From Massilia sp. (lineage in GTDB: Bacteria > Pseudomonadota > Gammaproteobacteria > Burkholderiales > Burkholderiaceae_D): DNA of 24,000 bases. The notes beneath the pieces were generated by a model that saw only the letters and a list, made by a program, of their open reading frames with translations, was not told where the DNA came from and searched no databases. The position numbers and the translations under genes are program-made. The stretch spans positions 1 to 24,000 of the forward strand of contig JBJMVV010000340.1 in assembly GCA_045810505.1 (NCBI GenBank). Reading direction: 5' to 3'. Below are positions 16,937-24,000 of this stretch, in pieces (positions within the stretch are counted from its first letter, which is position 1; each line of letters starts with the position of its first letter).

Positions 16937-17000
16937 TTGGACAGGCGCTTCGCGCTTGTTTTAGGTCCCCCGGACCTAAAACCCCGCAGGGCCAGTCCCC
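16937..17000. repeat. Degenerate 'F' REP copy interrupted by a segment of about 36 nt containing a perfect 11-bp hairpin (GTTTTAGGTCC-CCC-GGACCTAAAAC, 16958-16982)
   Basis: Left arm TTGGACAGGC at 16937-16946. The right part, CCCGCAGGGCCAGTCCCC at 16983-17000, is identical to 499-516. Confidence 0.5.
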
Positions 17001-17021
17001 GGCTTGCGGTAAGCTGTAGCA

Positions 17022-17477
17022 ATGCCCCACAAAATCCCCGAATCCGTCCTCGTCGTCATCCACACCGCCGACCTGCAGGTGCTGCTCATCGAGCGCGCTG
17101 ACAAGCCGGGTTTCTGGCAATCCGTCACCGGCTCGCTCGACGCCGCCGACGAACCCCTGCTTACCACCGCCACCCGCGAACTATTCGAGGAAACGGGCAT
17201 CATCGCTGACGGCGTCAATACCGTCCTGCGTGACTGGCAGATCTCCAACATCTACGAAATCTACCCCGTCTGGCGCCACCGCTACGCCCCCGGCGTGACC
17301 CACAACACGGAACACGTGTTCTCCGTCTGCGTGCCGCGCGACGTGGCCGTGACCCTCAGTCCCCGCGAGCACCTGGACCACGTCTGGCTGCCGTACCTGG
17401 AAGCGGCCGACCGCTGCTTTTCATCGTCCAACGCGGAAGCGATCCTGCAGCTGCCGCAGCATTTTCAACGGGCCTGA
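17022..17477 (+). CDS. nudB: NUDIX hydrolase, dihydroneopterin triphosphate diphosphatase NudB-like
   Basis: ..SVLVVIHTADLQVLLIERADKPGFWQSVTGSL..ATRELFEETGI parallels E. coli NudB (..FWQSVTGS..). Linkage to aspS matches the arrangement in E. coli. Confidence 0.75.
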   Translation: MPHKIPESVLVVIHTADLQVLLIERADKPGFWQSVTGSLDAADEPLLTTATRELFEETGIIADGVNTVLRDWQISNIYEIYPVWRHRYAPGVTHNTEHVFSVCVPRDVAVTLSPREHLDHVWLPYLEAADRCFSSSNAEAILQLPQHFQRA

Positions 17478-17479
17478 CC

Positions 17480-18451
17480 ATGCGCACACTGTTGCTGTTG
17501 ACCCTATTCCCAGCCTTCGCGATGGCGCAGGCCGGATACCCGAACACGGAAAACTTCGGCGTCGATGTCGACAAGGGCGCCGACTGGTACCAGCAATGCC
17601 TGAAAGTGGCCGACGCCAACCCAGCGCCATCGCCCTCGGTACGCGCCGCGCCAAAGTGCGACGCGGCCGACGCTTACTATCTCAAGCTCGACCAGGCCGT
17701 CACCAGCGACGTCGAATGGGCCGCCGTGCGCAGCTGCGCCATCGCGACGAACAATACGGCGGTCCTGTCCATGCTGTACGCGAATGGCCTCGGCGTGCCG
17801 CGCAACGCCGCCGTCGCCACCCGCTACGCGTGCAGCACGGGCGCCGCGCTGGCCGAGATGGAAGGACGTGTGCAGCATCTGGCGAGCCTGGCCCCAAATG
17901 AGCGCTACGACCACTGCGATAACATCACCAGCGGCACCATGGGCGCTGTATGTTCCGCCATCGCCGCCCGCCGCGCCGAGCGCATCAAGACCGCCTTCAC
18001 CAAGCGCCTGCGCAGTTCACTGGCGCCGGCGCAGACGGCGGCGTTTGATCGCCTTTTGAGCGCCGGACAGGCCTTCGCAAAGACCCATGCCGAAAACGAA
18101 ACCTCACCTGGCGGCAGCGGCTACGCCGGCTTTGTCATCGATGCGCAGGCGCGCGAAAATGAATGGCTGCGCGAGCACCTGGCTGCCTTTGAAAAAGGGC
18201 AGTTTCCGCCGGCCGCGAATTTTGCGGCGGACGACGCCGAACTCAATCGCCTGTACGGGGCCCGTATGCACCCCGCCCAGCCCGACCCGAATGCGGTGCA
18301 GCCCGACGCCATTCGCGCCACCCAGCGCCTGTGGCTGGCCTACCGCGATGCCTGGGTCGCCTTTGCGGTCCGGCGCTATCCGCAGATGGATGCCGCAGCG
18401 CTCAAGGCGCTGCTGACCCAGTGGCGCATCAAGCAACTGCAAGGCGTATAA
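17480..18451 (+). CDS. Secreted DUF1311 (LprI-like) domain protein with a Sel1-like repeat
   Basis: Signal peptide MRTLLLLTLFPAFAMAQA. Sel1-like YANGLGVPRNAAVATRYA. DUF1311-like segments: HCDNITSGTMGAVCS.. and DAELNRLY..ATQRLWLAYRDAW. Start is 3 nt after the nudB stop. Confidence 0.55.
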   Translation: MRTLLLLTLFPAFAMAQAGYPNTENFGVDVDKGADWYQQCLKVADANPAPSPSVRAAPKCDAADAYYLKLDQAVTSDVEWAAVRSCAIATNNTAVLSMLYANGLGVPRNAAVATRYACSTGAALAEMEGRVQHLASLAPNERYDHCDNITSGTMGAVCSAIAARRAERIKTAFTKRLRSSLAPAQTAAFDRLLSAGQAFAKTHAENETSPGGSGYAGFVIDAQARENEWLREHLAAFEKGQFPPAANFAADDAELNRLYGARMHPAQPDPNAVQPDAIRATQRLWLAYRDAWVAFAVRRYPQMDAAALKALLTQWRIKQLQGV

Positions 18452-18454
18452 AAA

Positions 18455-19156
18455 TCAGCAGGCCTGCACCGGCTGCAGGCGCTCGAGGATGGCTTCCTTG
18501 ATGGATGCGCTGGCCGCAGGCCCGTGCCCGCGCGGCCCATCGAAGCTGCTCACCGCCCCATCGAGCAGCACGATGCGGTCGCTCAGGAACAGCGCCTCGT
18601 CCAGATCATGGGTCACCAGCAGCACCGTTGCCACCCTCTCGCGCGCGAGCTTCAGCAGCACTTCCTGTAGCTGGCGCCGGGTAAGCGCATCCACCGCCGA
18701 AAACGGCTCGTCCAGCAGCAGCACGCGCGGTTCCAAATACAGGCCGCGCGCCAGCGCGACCCGCTGCGCCTGGCCGCCGGATAACTGGTGGGGCAGGGCG
18801 TTGCCGCGGCCGGCCAGGCCCACTTCCTCCAGCAGGGCAGCGATGCGCTCCGGGTCCGCCTCGCCCCCAAAGCCGACGTTCTGCGCTGCGGTCAGCCAAG
18901 GGAACAGGCGCGGCTCCTGGAAGATCAGGCCGATGCCGTCCGCGGGCCCCGTCACCGCCACCCCGTCCTGCAGCACGCGTCCCCGGTAGCTTGTGTCAAG
19001 GCCGGCGGCAATCGCGAGCAGGGTGCTCTTGCCGCAGCCGCTGGCGCCCACCAGGCTGACGATTTCGCCCGGCTGCAACGCAAGGTGCACATCGCGCAGC
19101 ACGGCGCGCTCGCCGTGGCGCTTGTCGGACACGGATATATCGAGTGCCGCCGTCAT
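18455..19156 (-). CDS. ABC transporter ATP-binding protein, NitT/TauT (sulfonate/taurine/nitrate) family, SsuB-like
   Basis: Walker A GASGCGKSTLL, signature LSGGQAQRVALARGL, Walker B LLLDEPFSAVD, and H-loop VTHD. Confidence 0.85.
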   Translation of the reverse strand: MTAALDISVSDKRHGERAVLRDVHLALQPGEIVSLVGASGCGKSTLLAIAAGLDTSYRGRVLQDGVAVTGPADGIGLIFQEPRLFPWLTAAQNVGFGGEADPERIAALLEEVGLAGRGNALPHQLSGGQAQRVALARGLYLEPRVLLLDEPFSAVDALTRRQLQEVLLKLARERVATVLLVTHDLDEALFLSDRIVLLDGAVSSFDGPRGHGPAASASIKEAILERLQPVQAC

Positions 19157-19962
19157 CTGCGCTGGCCCTCAAAACTGTCGCGCCAGTCAAGCCAGCGCCG
19201 CTCCAGCGCGCGCATGCCGGCGTCGCTGGCCTTGCCGAGGATCGCCAGCAGCACGATGGCGGCCAGCACGATGTCGGCGCGGCTGGTCTCGCGTCCGTCC
19301 GACAGCAGATAACCCAGGCCCCGGCTGGCGGCGATCAGCTCTGCCGCCACCATGAACATCCACGCCAGGCCCAGGCCATTGCGCAGGCCCGTCATCAGGG
19401 ACGGCAGGGCCGCCGGCAGTAGCACCCGCGTCACCATGGCCAGGCGCGAGAGGCGGTACAGGCGGCCCACCTCGACCAGTTTGCGATCGACCCCGCCGAT
19501 GCCGGCCACTGCGCCCATATACACGGGGAAAAAGGCGCCGATGGCAATCAGCACCAGCTTGGGCGTCTCGTCGATGCCGAACCACAGCAGCAGCAAGGGT
19601 ACCCAGGCCAGAGAAGGAATCGCGCGCAGGGCCTGCAGGGTGGGGTCCAGCAGTGCCTCCGTGCGACGGCTCAGAGCCACCATCGCCCCCAGCACCACCC
19701 CCACCGCCCCGCCGGCGGCAAAACCCACCAGCACCCGCACCGTGCTGCTCACCACGTGGCCGGCCAGGCCGTGCGACGCCAGCCAGGCAATCGTCTGCAG
19801 CACCTGGCTGGGCGCGGGCAGCAGATTGGCCGGCACTGCGCCCGCGCGCACCAGCACCTCGGCCAGCACCAGCAGCAGCGCAGGCAACAACAGGCCAAGC
19901 GGAAGCCGCGGGCGCCAGCTAAGCTTGTGCGCCGCGGGCAGGCTGAGTGAGCGGGTGTTCAT
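19153..19962 (-). CDS. ABC transporter permease, SsuC/TauC-like
   Basis: Polytopic membrane protein with an EAA-like loop (..AAELIAASRGLGYLL..). 4-nt overlap with the downstream ATPase gene. Confidence 0.8.
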   Translation of the reverse strand: MNTRSLSLPAAHKLSWRPRLPLGLLLPALLLVLAEVLVRAGAVPANLLPAPSQVLQTIAWLASHGLAGHVVSSTVRVLVGFAAGGAVGVVLGAMVALSRRTEALLDPTLQALRAIPSLAWVPLLLLWFGIDETPKLVLIAIGAFFPVYMGAVAGIGGVDRKLVEVGRLYRLSRLAMVTRVLLPAALPSLMTGLRNGLGLAWMFMVAAELIAASRGLGYLLSDGRETSRADIVLAAIVLLAILGKASDAGMRALERRWLDWRDSFEGQRR

Positions 19963-19965
19963 GGC

Positions 19966-20934
19966 TCAGGCGCGCGCGATGTAGGGTTGCGCAAAGCGCG
20001 TGTCGACCAGGCTGCCGATCACGCGATCAAGGTCCGTGCCCGGCTTGACCAGGTCTTCGGCGCGCAGGATAGGCGCGGCCTGCTGCAGCGCCTTGACGTG
20101 TTCAAGCGAAGGCTGGGGATTCGAGAAATCGCTGCGCAGTTTAATTTGCAGCAGGGCCACCGGCAGCGAGACCTTGGCTTCCTCGGCCAGGATGCGGGCC
20201 CCTTCGGCAGGATGCGCACGCAGCCAGGCGCGCGCCTGTTCGTAGGCCGTGATCACCTTCGCCACCGCCTGCGGCTGGGCCGCCAGAAAGTCGTCGCGCA
20301 CGTTCAGAAAGCCGTAGGTGTTGAACGCCACATTGCGGTACAGGAGCCGGGAGCCGCCTTCCAGTTCGCTGGCGGCCATGTGCGGATCGAGTCCGGCCCA
20401 GGCATCAACCTTGCCCTGTTCGAGCGCCACCCGGCCATCGGCGTGCTGCAGGCCCACGTGCTCGATATCGCTGCGTTTGAGGCCCACGCTGCTCAATGAG
20501 CGCAGCAGGAAAAGATAAGGGTCGGTGCCCTTGGTAGCCGCGACTTTTTTCCCTTTCAAATCGGCCAGGGTGCGGATCGGCGAATCCTTGCGCACCACCA
20601 GCGCGGTCCACTCGGGACGTGAAAAAATATAGGGCGTGCTGATGGGATTACCGTTGGCCTTGGCCAGCAGGGCGGCCAGACCGGCGCTCGAGCCGATGTC
20701 GATGCTGTTGGCGTTGAGGTATTCCAGGGCGCGGTTGCTGCCGGCGCTGAGCACCCATTTGACCGACACCCCATCGGCCTTGAATGCTTCTTCCAGCCAG
20801 CCGAAGCGGCGCAGCACCAGGCTCGTGGGAGAGTAGTAGGCGTAATCGAGCCGCAGTTCTTTCAGCGGCGCGGCGCGGCCGAGGGAGGGCAGCGCCGACA
20901 GGGCGGCCAGTTGTAACAGGGTTCTACGCTGCAT
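19966..20934 (-). CDS. Periplasmic substrate-binding protein, aliphatic-sulfonate (SsuA/NMT1-like) family
   Basis: Twin-arginine-like signal MQRRTLLQLAALSALPSLGRA. Size is typical of an SBP and it sits directly upstream of a cognate permease and ATPase. Confidence 0.7.
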   Translation of the reverse strand: MQRRTLLQLAALSALPSLGRAAPLKELRLDYAYYSPTSLVLRRFGWLEEAFKADGVSVKWVLSAGSNRALEYLNANSIDIGSSAGLAALLAKANGNPISTPYIFSRPEWTALVVRKDSPIRTLADLKGKKVAATKGTDPYLFLLRSLSSVGLKRSDIEHVGLQHADGRVALEQGKVDAWAGLDPHMAASELEGGSRLLYRNVAFNTYGFLNVRDDFLAAQPQAVAKVITAYEQARAWLRAHPAEGARILAEEAKVSLPVALLQIKLRSDFSNPQPSLEHVKALQQAAPILRAEDLVKPGTDLDRVIGSLVDTRFAQPYIARA

Positions 20935-22315
20935 GGGCTTCTTTCAAGTGAGGGGGGGCAATGCTTACCTGGCGCCCCGGGTGATCGGCGGCGAGGCGTG
21001 GACCGGCGCCCAGCAACTGCTCGCGCAGGGTGCCGCCCGTGTAGTCCTGGCGGTAGCGCCTGCGGCGCTGCAGTTCCGGGACGATCAGATCGACCACGTC
21101 GCGCATCGATTCGTGGGCAACCGCGAAAGCGAGATTAAACCCGTCGATGCCGGTGTCGTCCATCCAGGCTTCCAGCTGGTCGGCCACCTGCCCGGGATCG
21201 CCCACGATGACGGGGCCGCGGCCACCCAGGCCGATGAAGCGGGCCGCTTCGCCCACGGTCCACTTGCGGCTTGGATCGGCCGCGCTGAGCGAAGCCAGCG
21301 CCGAGCGGCCTGCATCCGTGTCGATGTAGTCGATGGTGGCGTCGAACGGCAGGCGGCCGAAGTCCACCCCCGTCCAGCCGGACAGCAGGGCCAGCGCCGC
21401 TTCCGGGTCGACATGGCGCTGATATTCCGCCAGCCGGTCGCGCGCCTCAAGCCCGGTGGGCGCGGTGACGATCAGCGCCTGGGCATACACCAGCAGGGCC
21501 TGGCCGTCGCGACCTGCTTCTGTGGCGGCGGCGCGCGCCTGCTCGACGTAGCGTTTCACCACGGCCTTGCTGGGACCACTGACAAAGGTCGCTTCGGCAT
21601 GGCGGGCCGCAAACGCGATCCCGCGCGGCGAGGCGCCCGCCTGGTACAGAAGGGGCGTGCGCTGGGGCGAGGGTTCGCACAGGTGGATGCCGGGCACGCT
21701 GTAGTGGCGGCCCTGGTGATTGATCGGGTGCACCCGGCTGGGGTCCGTGTAGAGCCCGCGGGCCTTGTCGCGCACGACGGCGTCGTCATCCCAGCTTTTT
21801 TCCCACAATTTGTAGACCACGTCGAGGTATTCGTCGGCCAGGTCGTAGCGCTCGTCGTGGCTCAGCTGGCGGTCCAGGCCCAGGTTGCGCGCCGCGCTGT
21901 CCAGGTAGCCGGTGACGATATTCCAGCCGATTCTCCCTTTGCTCAAGTGGTCCAGCGTCGAGATGCGCCGCGCGAACGTGTAGGGATGCTCGTAGGTCAG
22001 CGCCGCCGTCACGCCGAAGCCCAGGTGGGTGGTGGCATGGGCCATCACCGGCACCAGCGCGAGCGGATCGTTCAGCGGCACCTGCACGCCGTGGCGCAGG
22101 GCCGTGTCCATGCTCCCCTGGTAGACGTCGTACACGCCCAGCACATCGGCCAGGAACAGGGCATCGAAGCGGCCCCGTTCCAGCAGCTGCGCCAGCTCGA
22201 CCCAGTGGCCGGCATCCGTGTAGCGGTGGCTGGTGTCGCGCGGATGGGTCCACAGGCCCGGCGACTGGTGGCCCACCGTATTCATCTGGAAGGCATTGAA
22301 GCGGATGGTCTTCAT
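20924..22315 (-). CDS. LLM-class FMNH2-dependent monooxygenase, NtaA/SnaA/DszA family
   Basis: 463 aa. N-terminus MKTIRFNAFQMNTVGHQSPGLWTHPRD..FDALFLADVLGVYDVY is typical of this family. Confidence 0.8.
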   Translation of the reverse strand: MKTIRFNAFQMNTVGHQSPGLWTHPRDTSHRYTDAGHWVELAQLLERGRFDALFLADVLGVYDVYQGSMDTALRHGVQVPLNDPLALVPVMAHATTHLGFGVTAALTYEHPYTFARRISTLDHLSKGRIGWNIVTGYLDSAARNLGLDRQLSHDERYDLADEYLDVVYKLWEKSWDDDAVVRDKARGLYTDPSRVHPINHQGRHYSVPGIHLCEPSPQRTPLLYQAGASPRGIAFAARHAEATFVSGPSKAVVKRYVEQARAAATEAGRDGQALLVYAQALIVTAPTGLEARDRLAEYQRHVDPEAALALLSGWTGVDFGRLPFDATIDYIDTDAGRSALASLSAADPSRKWTVGEAARFIGLGGRGPVIVGDPGQVADQLEAWMDDTGIDGFNLAFAVAHESMRDVVDLIVPELQRRRRYRQDYTGGTLREQLLGAGPRLAADHPGRQVSIAPPHLKEAHAA

Positions 22316-23139
22316 GGCTTTGCGGCGGCCTGCAGGGCCAGTTGATAATCCGGCTTGGCGTAGCCGGAAAAATATTTGTTCGTCACGGCGAGGAACTCGC
22401 GCGACTGGTAGGCGGCCGCAATGTCTTTGGCAAACTGCTTGTCCTTGTCGGCGCTGCGCACGGCCACCCGGTTGATGTAGTTCGGCGAGATTTTTTCGGT
22501 CGCCAGCGCGTCCGTCAGCTTCAGTCCCGAGGCCAGGGCGTAATTGCCGTTCACGAAAGCGAAGTCGGCGTCGTCGAGGGCGCGCGGCAGCTGGGCCGCT
22601 TCCAGCGGCAGCAGCTTGATCTGACGGAAATTGGCGGCGATGTCCTTTTCAGAAGCTTTGACGGGATCGAAATTCGGCCGCAGGCTGATCCAGCCCAGCT
22701 GATCGAGCAGCACCAGCGCGCGGGCCTGGTTGGTGGGGTCGTTCGGCAGCGCCACCGTGGCGCCGGGTTTGACTTCCGCCAGCGCCTTGTGCTTGCGACT
22801 GTAGATGGCGATGGGCGCTGTCGGTATCGTCACCAGGTCCGTCAGGGCCAGCTTGTGCTCCCCGGCGAATTTGTTCAGGTAGACGATATGCTGGAACACA
22901 TTGGCGTCGAGCGCTCCCTCGGCCAGCGCGAAGTTGGGCTGGATGTAGTCGTTGAACTCGATCAGCTTCACTTTATAACCCTGCTTTTCCAGGATCGGCT
23001 TGATACCCAGCTTGATCTGGTCGGCGTAAGGCCCGGCGCTGGTGCCGATGACGATTTCTTTCGGGTCCTTGGCCAGCGCACTGGCGGCAAGGGAGAGGCC
23101 GAGCAGGGCGGCAAGCAGGGTGCGGCGGGTCGCGTGCAT
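22312..23139 (-). CDS. metQ: MetQ/NlpA-family substrate-binding protein (no lipobox, Sec-type signal)
   Basis: Motifs ..IVIGTSAGPYADQ.., ..LIEFNDYIQPNFALAEGALDANVFQH..YL.., ..IAIYS.. and VALPNDPTNQARAL are MetQ landmarks. Confidence 0.8.
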   Translation of the reverse strand: MHATRRTLLAALLGLSLAASALAKDPKEIVIGTSAGPYADQIKLGIKPILEKQGYKVKLIEFNDYIQPNFALAEGALDANVFQHIVYLNKFAGEHKLALTDLVTIPTAPIAIYSRKHKALAEVKPGATVALPNDPTNQARALVLLDQLGWISLRPNFDPVKASEKDIAANFRQIKLLPLEAAQLPRALDDADFAFVNGNYALASGLKLTDALATEKISPNYINRVAVRSADKDKQFAKDIAAAYQSREFLAVTNKYFSGYAKPDYQLALQAAAKP

Positions 23140-23162
23140 TTTATTGTGCTTTCAATGAATAG

Positions 23163-23825
23163 TTAGCGGCGGTCGATGTGGCGGGCGATGCGGGTACCCG
23201 TAAATTGAATGGCTTGCACCAGCGCGAGCAGCACGGCGACGGTGATGACCATGACGTCCGTTTCGAAGCGGTAGTATCCGTAGCGGATGGCGAGGTCGCC
23301 AATGCCACCGCCGCCCACCACCCCGGCCACGGCCGAATACGACAGAAAACTGATCGACAGGACCGTGGCCGCCAGCACCAGGCCGGGGCGCGCTTCCACC
23401 AGCAGCACGCGCGCGACGATCTGCCATTCGGAAGCGCCCATGGCATGGGCCGCCTCGATCACGCCGCGCGGCACCTCCTTCAGGGTTTGTTCGACCAGGC
23501 GGGCAAAGTAGGCCACGGCCGCAATCGACAGGGGCACGCTGGCCGCCAGCGGACCGATCGAAGTGCCGGCGACAAGCCGCGTGAACGGCACCAGCGCGAC
23601 CAGCAAAATGATGAAGGGGAAGGAGCGCACCGTGTTGACCAGCCAGCCAAGCAGCAGGGCGGCGGGGCGGTGGTGCAGCGATTGGCCCTCTGTCACCAGG
23701 AACAGCAGAATACCCAGCGGGCCGCCCAGCAGCACGGCGGCGAACATGCCGATGCCCAGCATGGTCAGGGTCTGGCCCAGCGCAACCCACAGTTCGGGCA
23801 GCAGGGTGATGGCGTGATCAAGCAT
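23163..23825 (-). CDS. metI: Methionine-type ABC transporter permease MetI
   Basis: 220 aa, 5-TM MetI-like: ..GMFAAVLLGGPLGILLF.., ..EAAHAMGAS.WQI.. and ..GGGGIGDLAIRYGYYRF... Confidence 0.85.
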   Translation of the reverse strand: MLDHAITLLPELWVALGQTLTMLGIGMFAAVLLGGPLGILLFLVTEGQSLHHRPAALLLGWLVNTVRSFPFIILLVALVPFTRLVAGTSIGPLAASVPLSIAAVAYFARLVEQTLKEVPRGVIEAAHAMGASEWQIVARVLLVEARPGLVLAATVLSISFLSYSAVAGVVGGGGIGDLAIRYGYYRFETDVMVITVAVLLALVQAIQFTGTRIARHIDRR

Positions 23826-24000
23826 GCACTTGCTCCTGCCAAATGGCCGCGCGCTCGTGGCGGTGGTATGCCAGTTCGCGGCCCAAGGCTGTCTTGCGCA
23901 CCGTACCCGTCTCGGCCAGCGCGAACTGTTCGGCGATGATGCCGTCCTCGATCACCGCGACCCGGTCGCAGATGGCGCCCAGCACGGACAGTTCATGGCT
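23818..24000 (-). CDS. metN: ABC transporter ATP-binding protein (MetN-like), C-terminal 60 codons only; the 5' part lies outside the window
   Basis: My translation of the minus strand gives SHELSVLGAICDRVAVIEDGIIAEQFALAETGTVRKTALGRELAYHRHERAAIWQEQVHA*. This is an H-loop region followed by a short tail. The stop overlaps the metI start (ATGCTTGA). Confidence 0.65.
   Translation of the reverse strand, partial: SHELSVLGAICDRVAVIEDGIIAEQFALAETGTVRKTALGRELAYHRHERAAIWQEQVHA

Noticed and set aside
490-17000. GGGGAC.../...GTCCCC repeats considered as a CRISPR array or integron attC sites
   Set aside because: There are only one or two copies per locus, scattered over 16 kb in both orientations. They have variable loops, no regular repeat-spacer periodicity, and no cas or intI genes. 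They behave like REP/BIME elements.
20933-22345. 470-aa plus-strand ORF antisense to the LLM monooxygenase
   Set aside because: Same shadow-ORF pattern. The minus-strand product has the family-typical N-terminus and fits the operon's overlapping stop/start junctions.

Overview
This is a high-GC chromosomal segment whose gene content and order look betaproteobacterial (Burkholderiales/Oxalobacteraceae-like), though that taxon call is only a guess. I can support 24 protein-coding genes. No rRNA, tRNA, CRISPR array, transposase or integrase is visible.

Plus strand, 1-18451:
- A 5'-truncated yqaA-like membrane gene.
- A translationally coupled trio: a 1340-aa DUF3683/FAD/Fe-S/CCG fusion oxidoreductase, a HIT protein and a DUF971 protein.
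- A ubiquinone cluster, ubiE / Tim44-like / ubiJ / ubiB, followed by a TPMT-family methyltransferase.
- A compact blaI / blaR1-like / subclass-B3 metallo-beta-lactamase operon.
- An AT-rich roughly 520-bp gap.
- fmdB-like zinc ribbon / DUF502 / aspS / nudB / a DUF1311 secreted protein.

Minus strand, 18455-24000: one tightly packed organosulfur-scavenging operon. In transcription order it is metN (partial), metI, metQ, a DszA/NtaA-family flavin monooxygenase, then SsuA/C/B-like transporter genes.

The best candidate for something undescribed is the BlaI/BlaR1-type module driving a B3 metallo-beta-lactamase. Its sensor domain has S-T-F-N where the invariant S-x-x-K lysine should be. Other points worth a second look:
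- A REP-like palindrome family sits in four intergenic gaps, and one copy appears to carry a nested insertion.
- A Tim44-like gene lies inside the ubi cluster, followed by a structured spacer and a strong terminator just before ubiJ.
- Back-to-back terminators plus an orphan promoter suggest a roughly 125-nt minus-strand sRNA.
- A perfect 15-nt palindrome sits on the fmdB/aspS promoter.

All family assignments come from motifs I recognise by eye. No database search was possible. Most long ORFs antisense to these genes are high-GC shadow ORFs.
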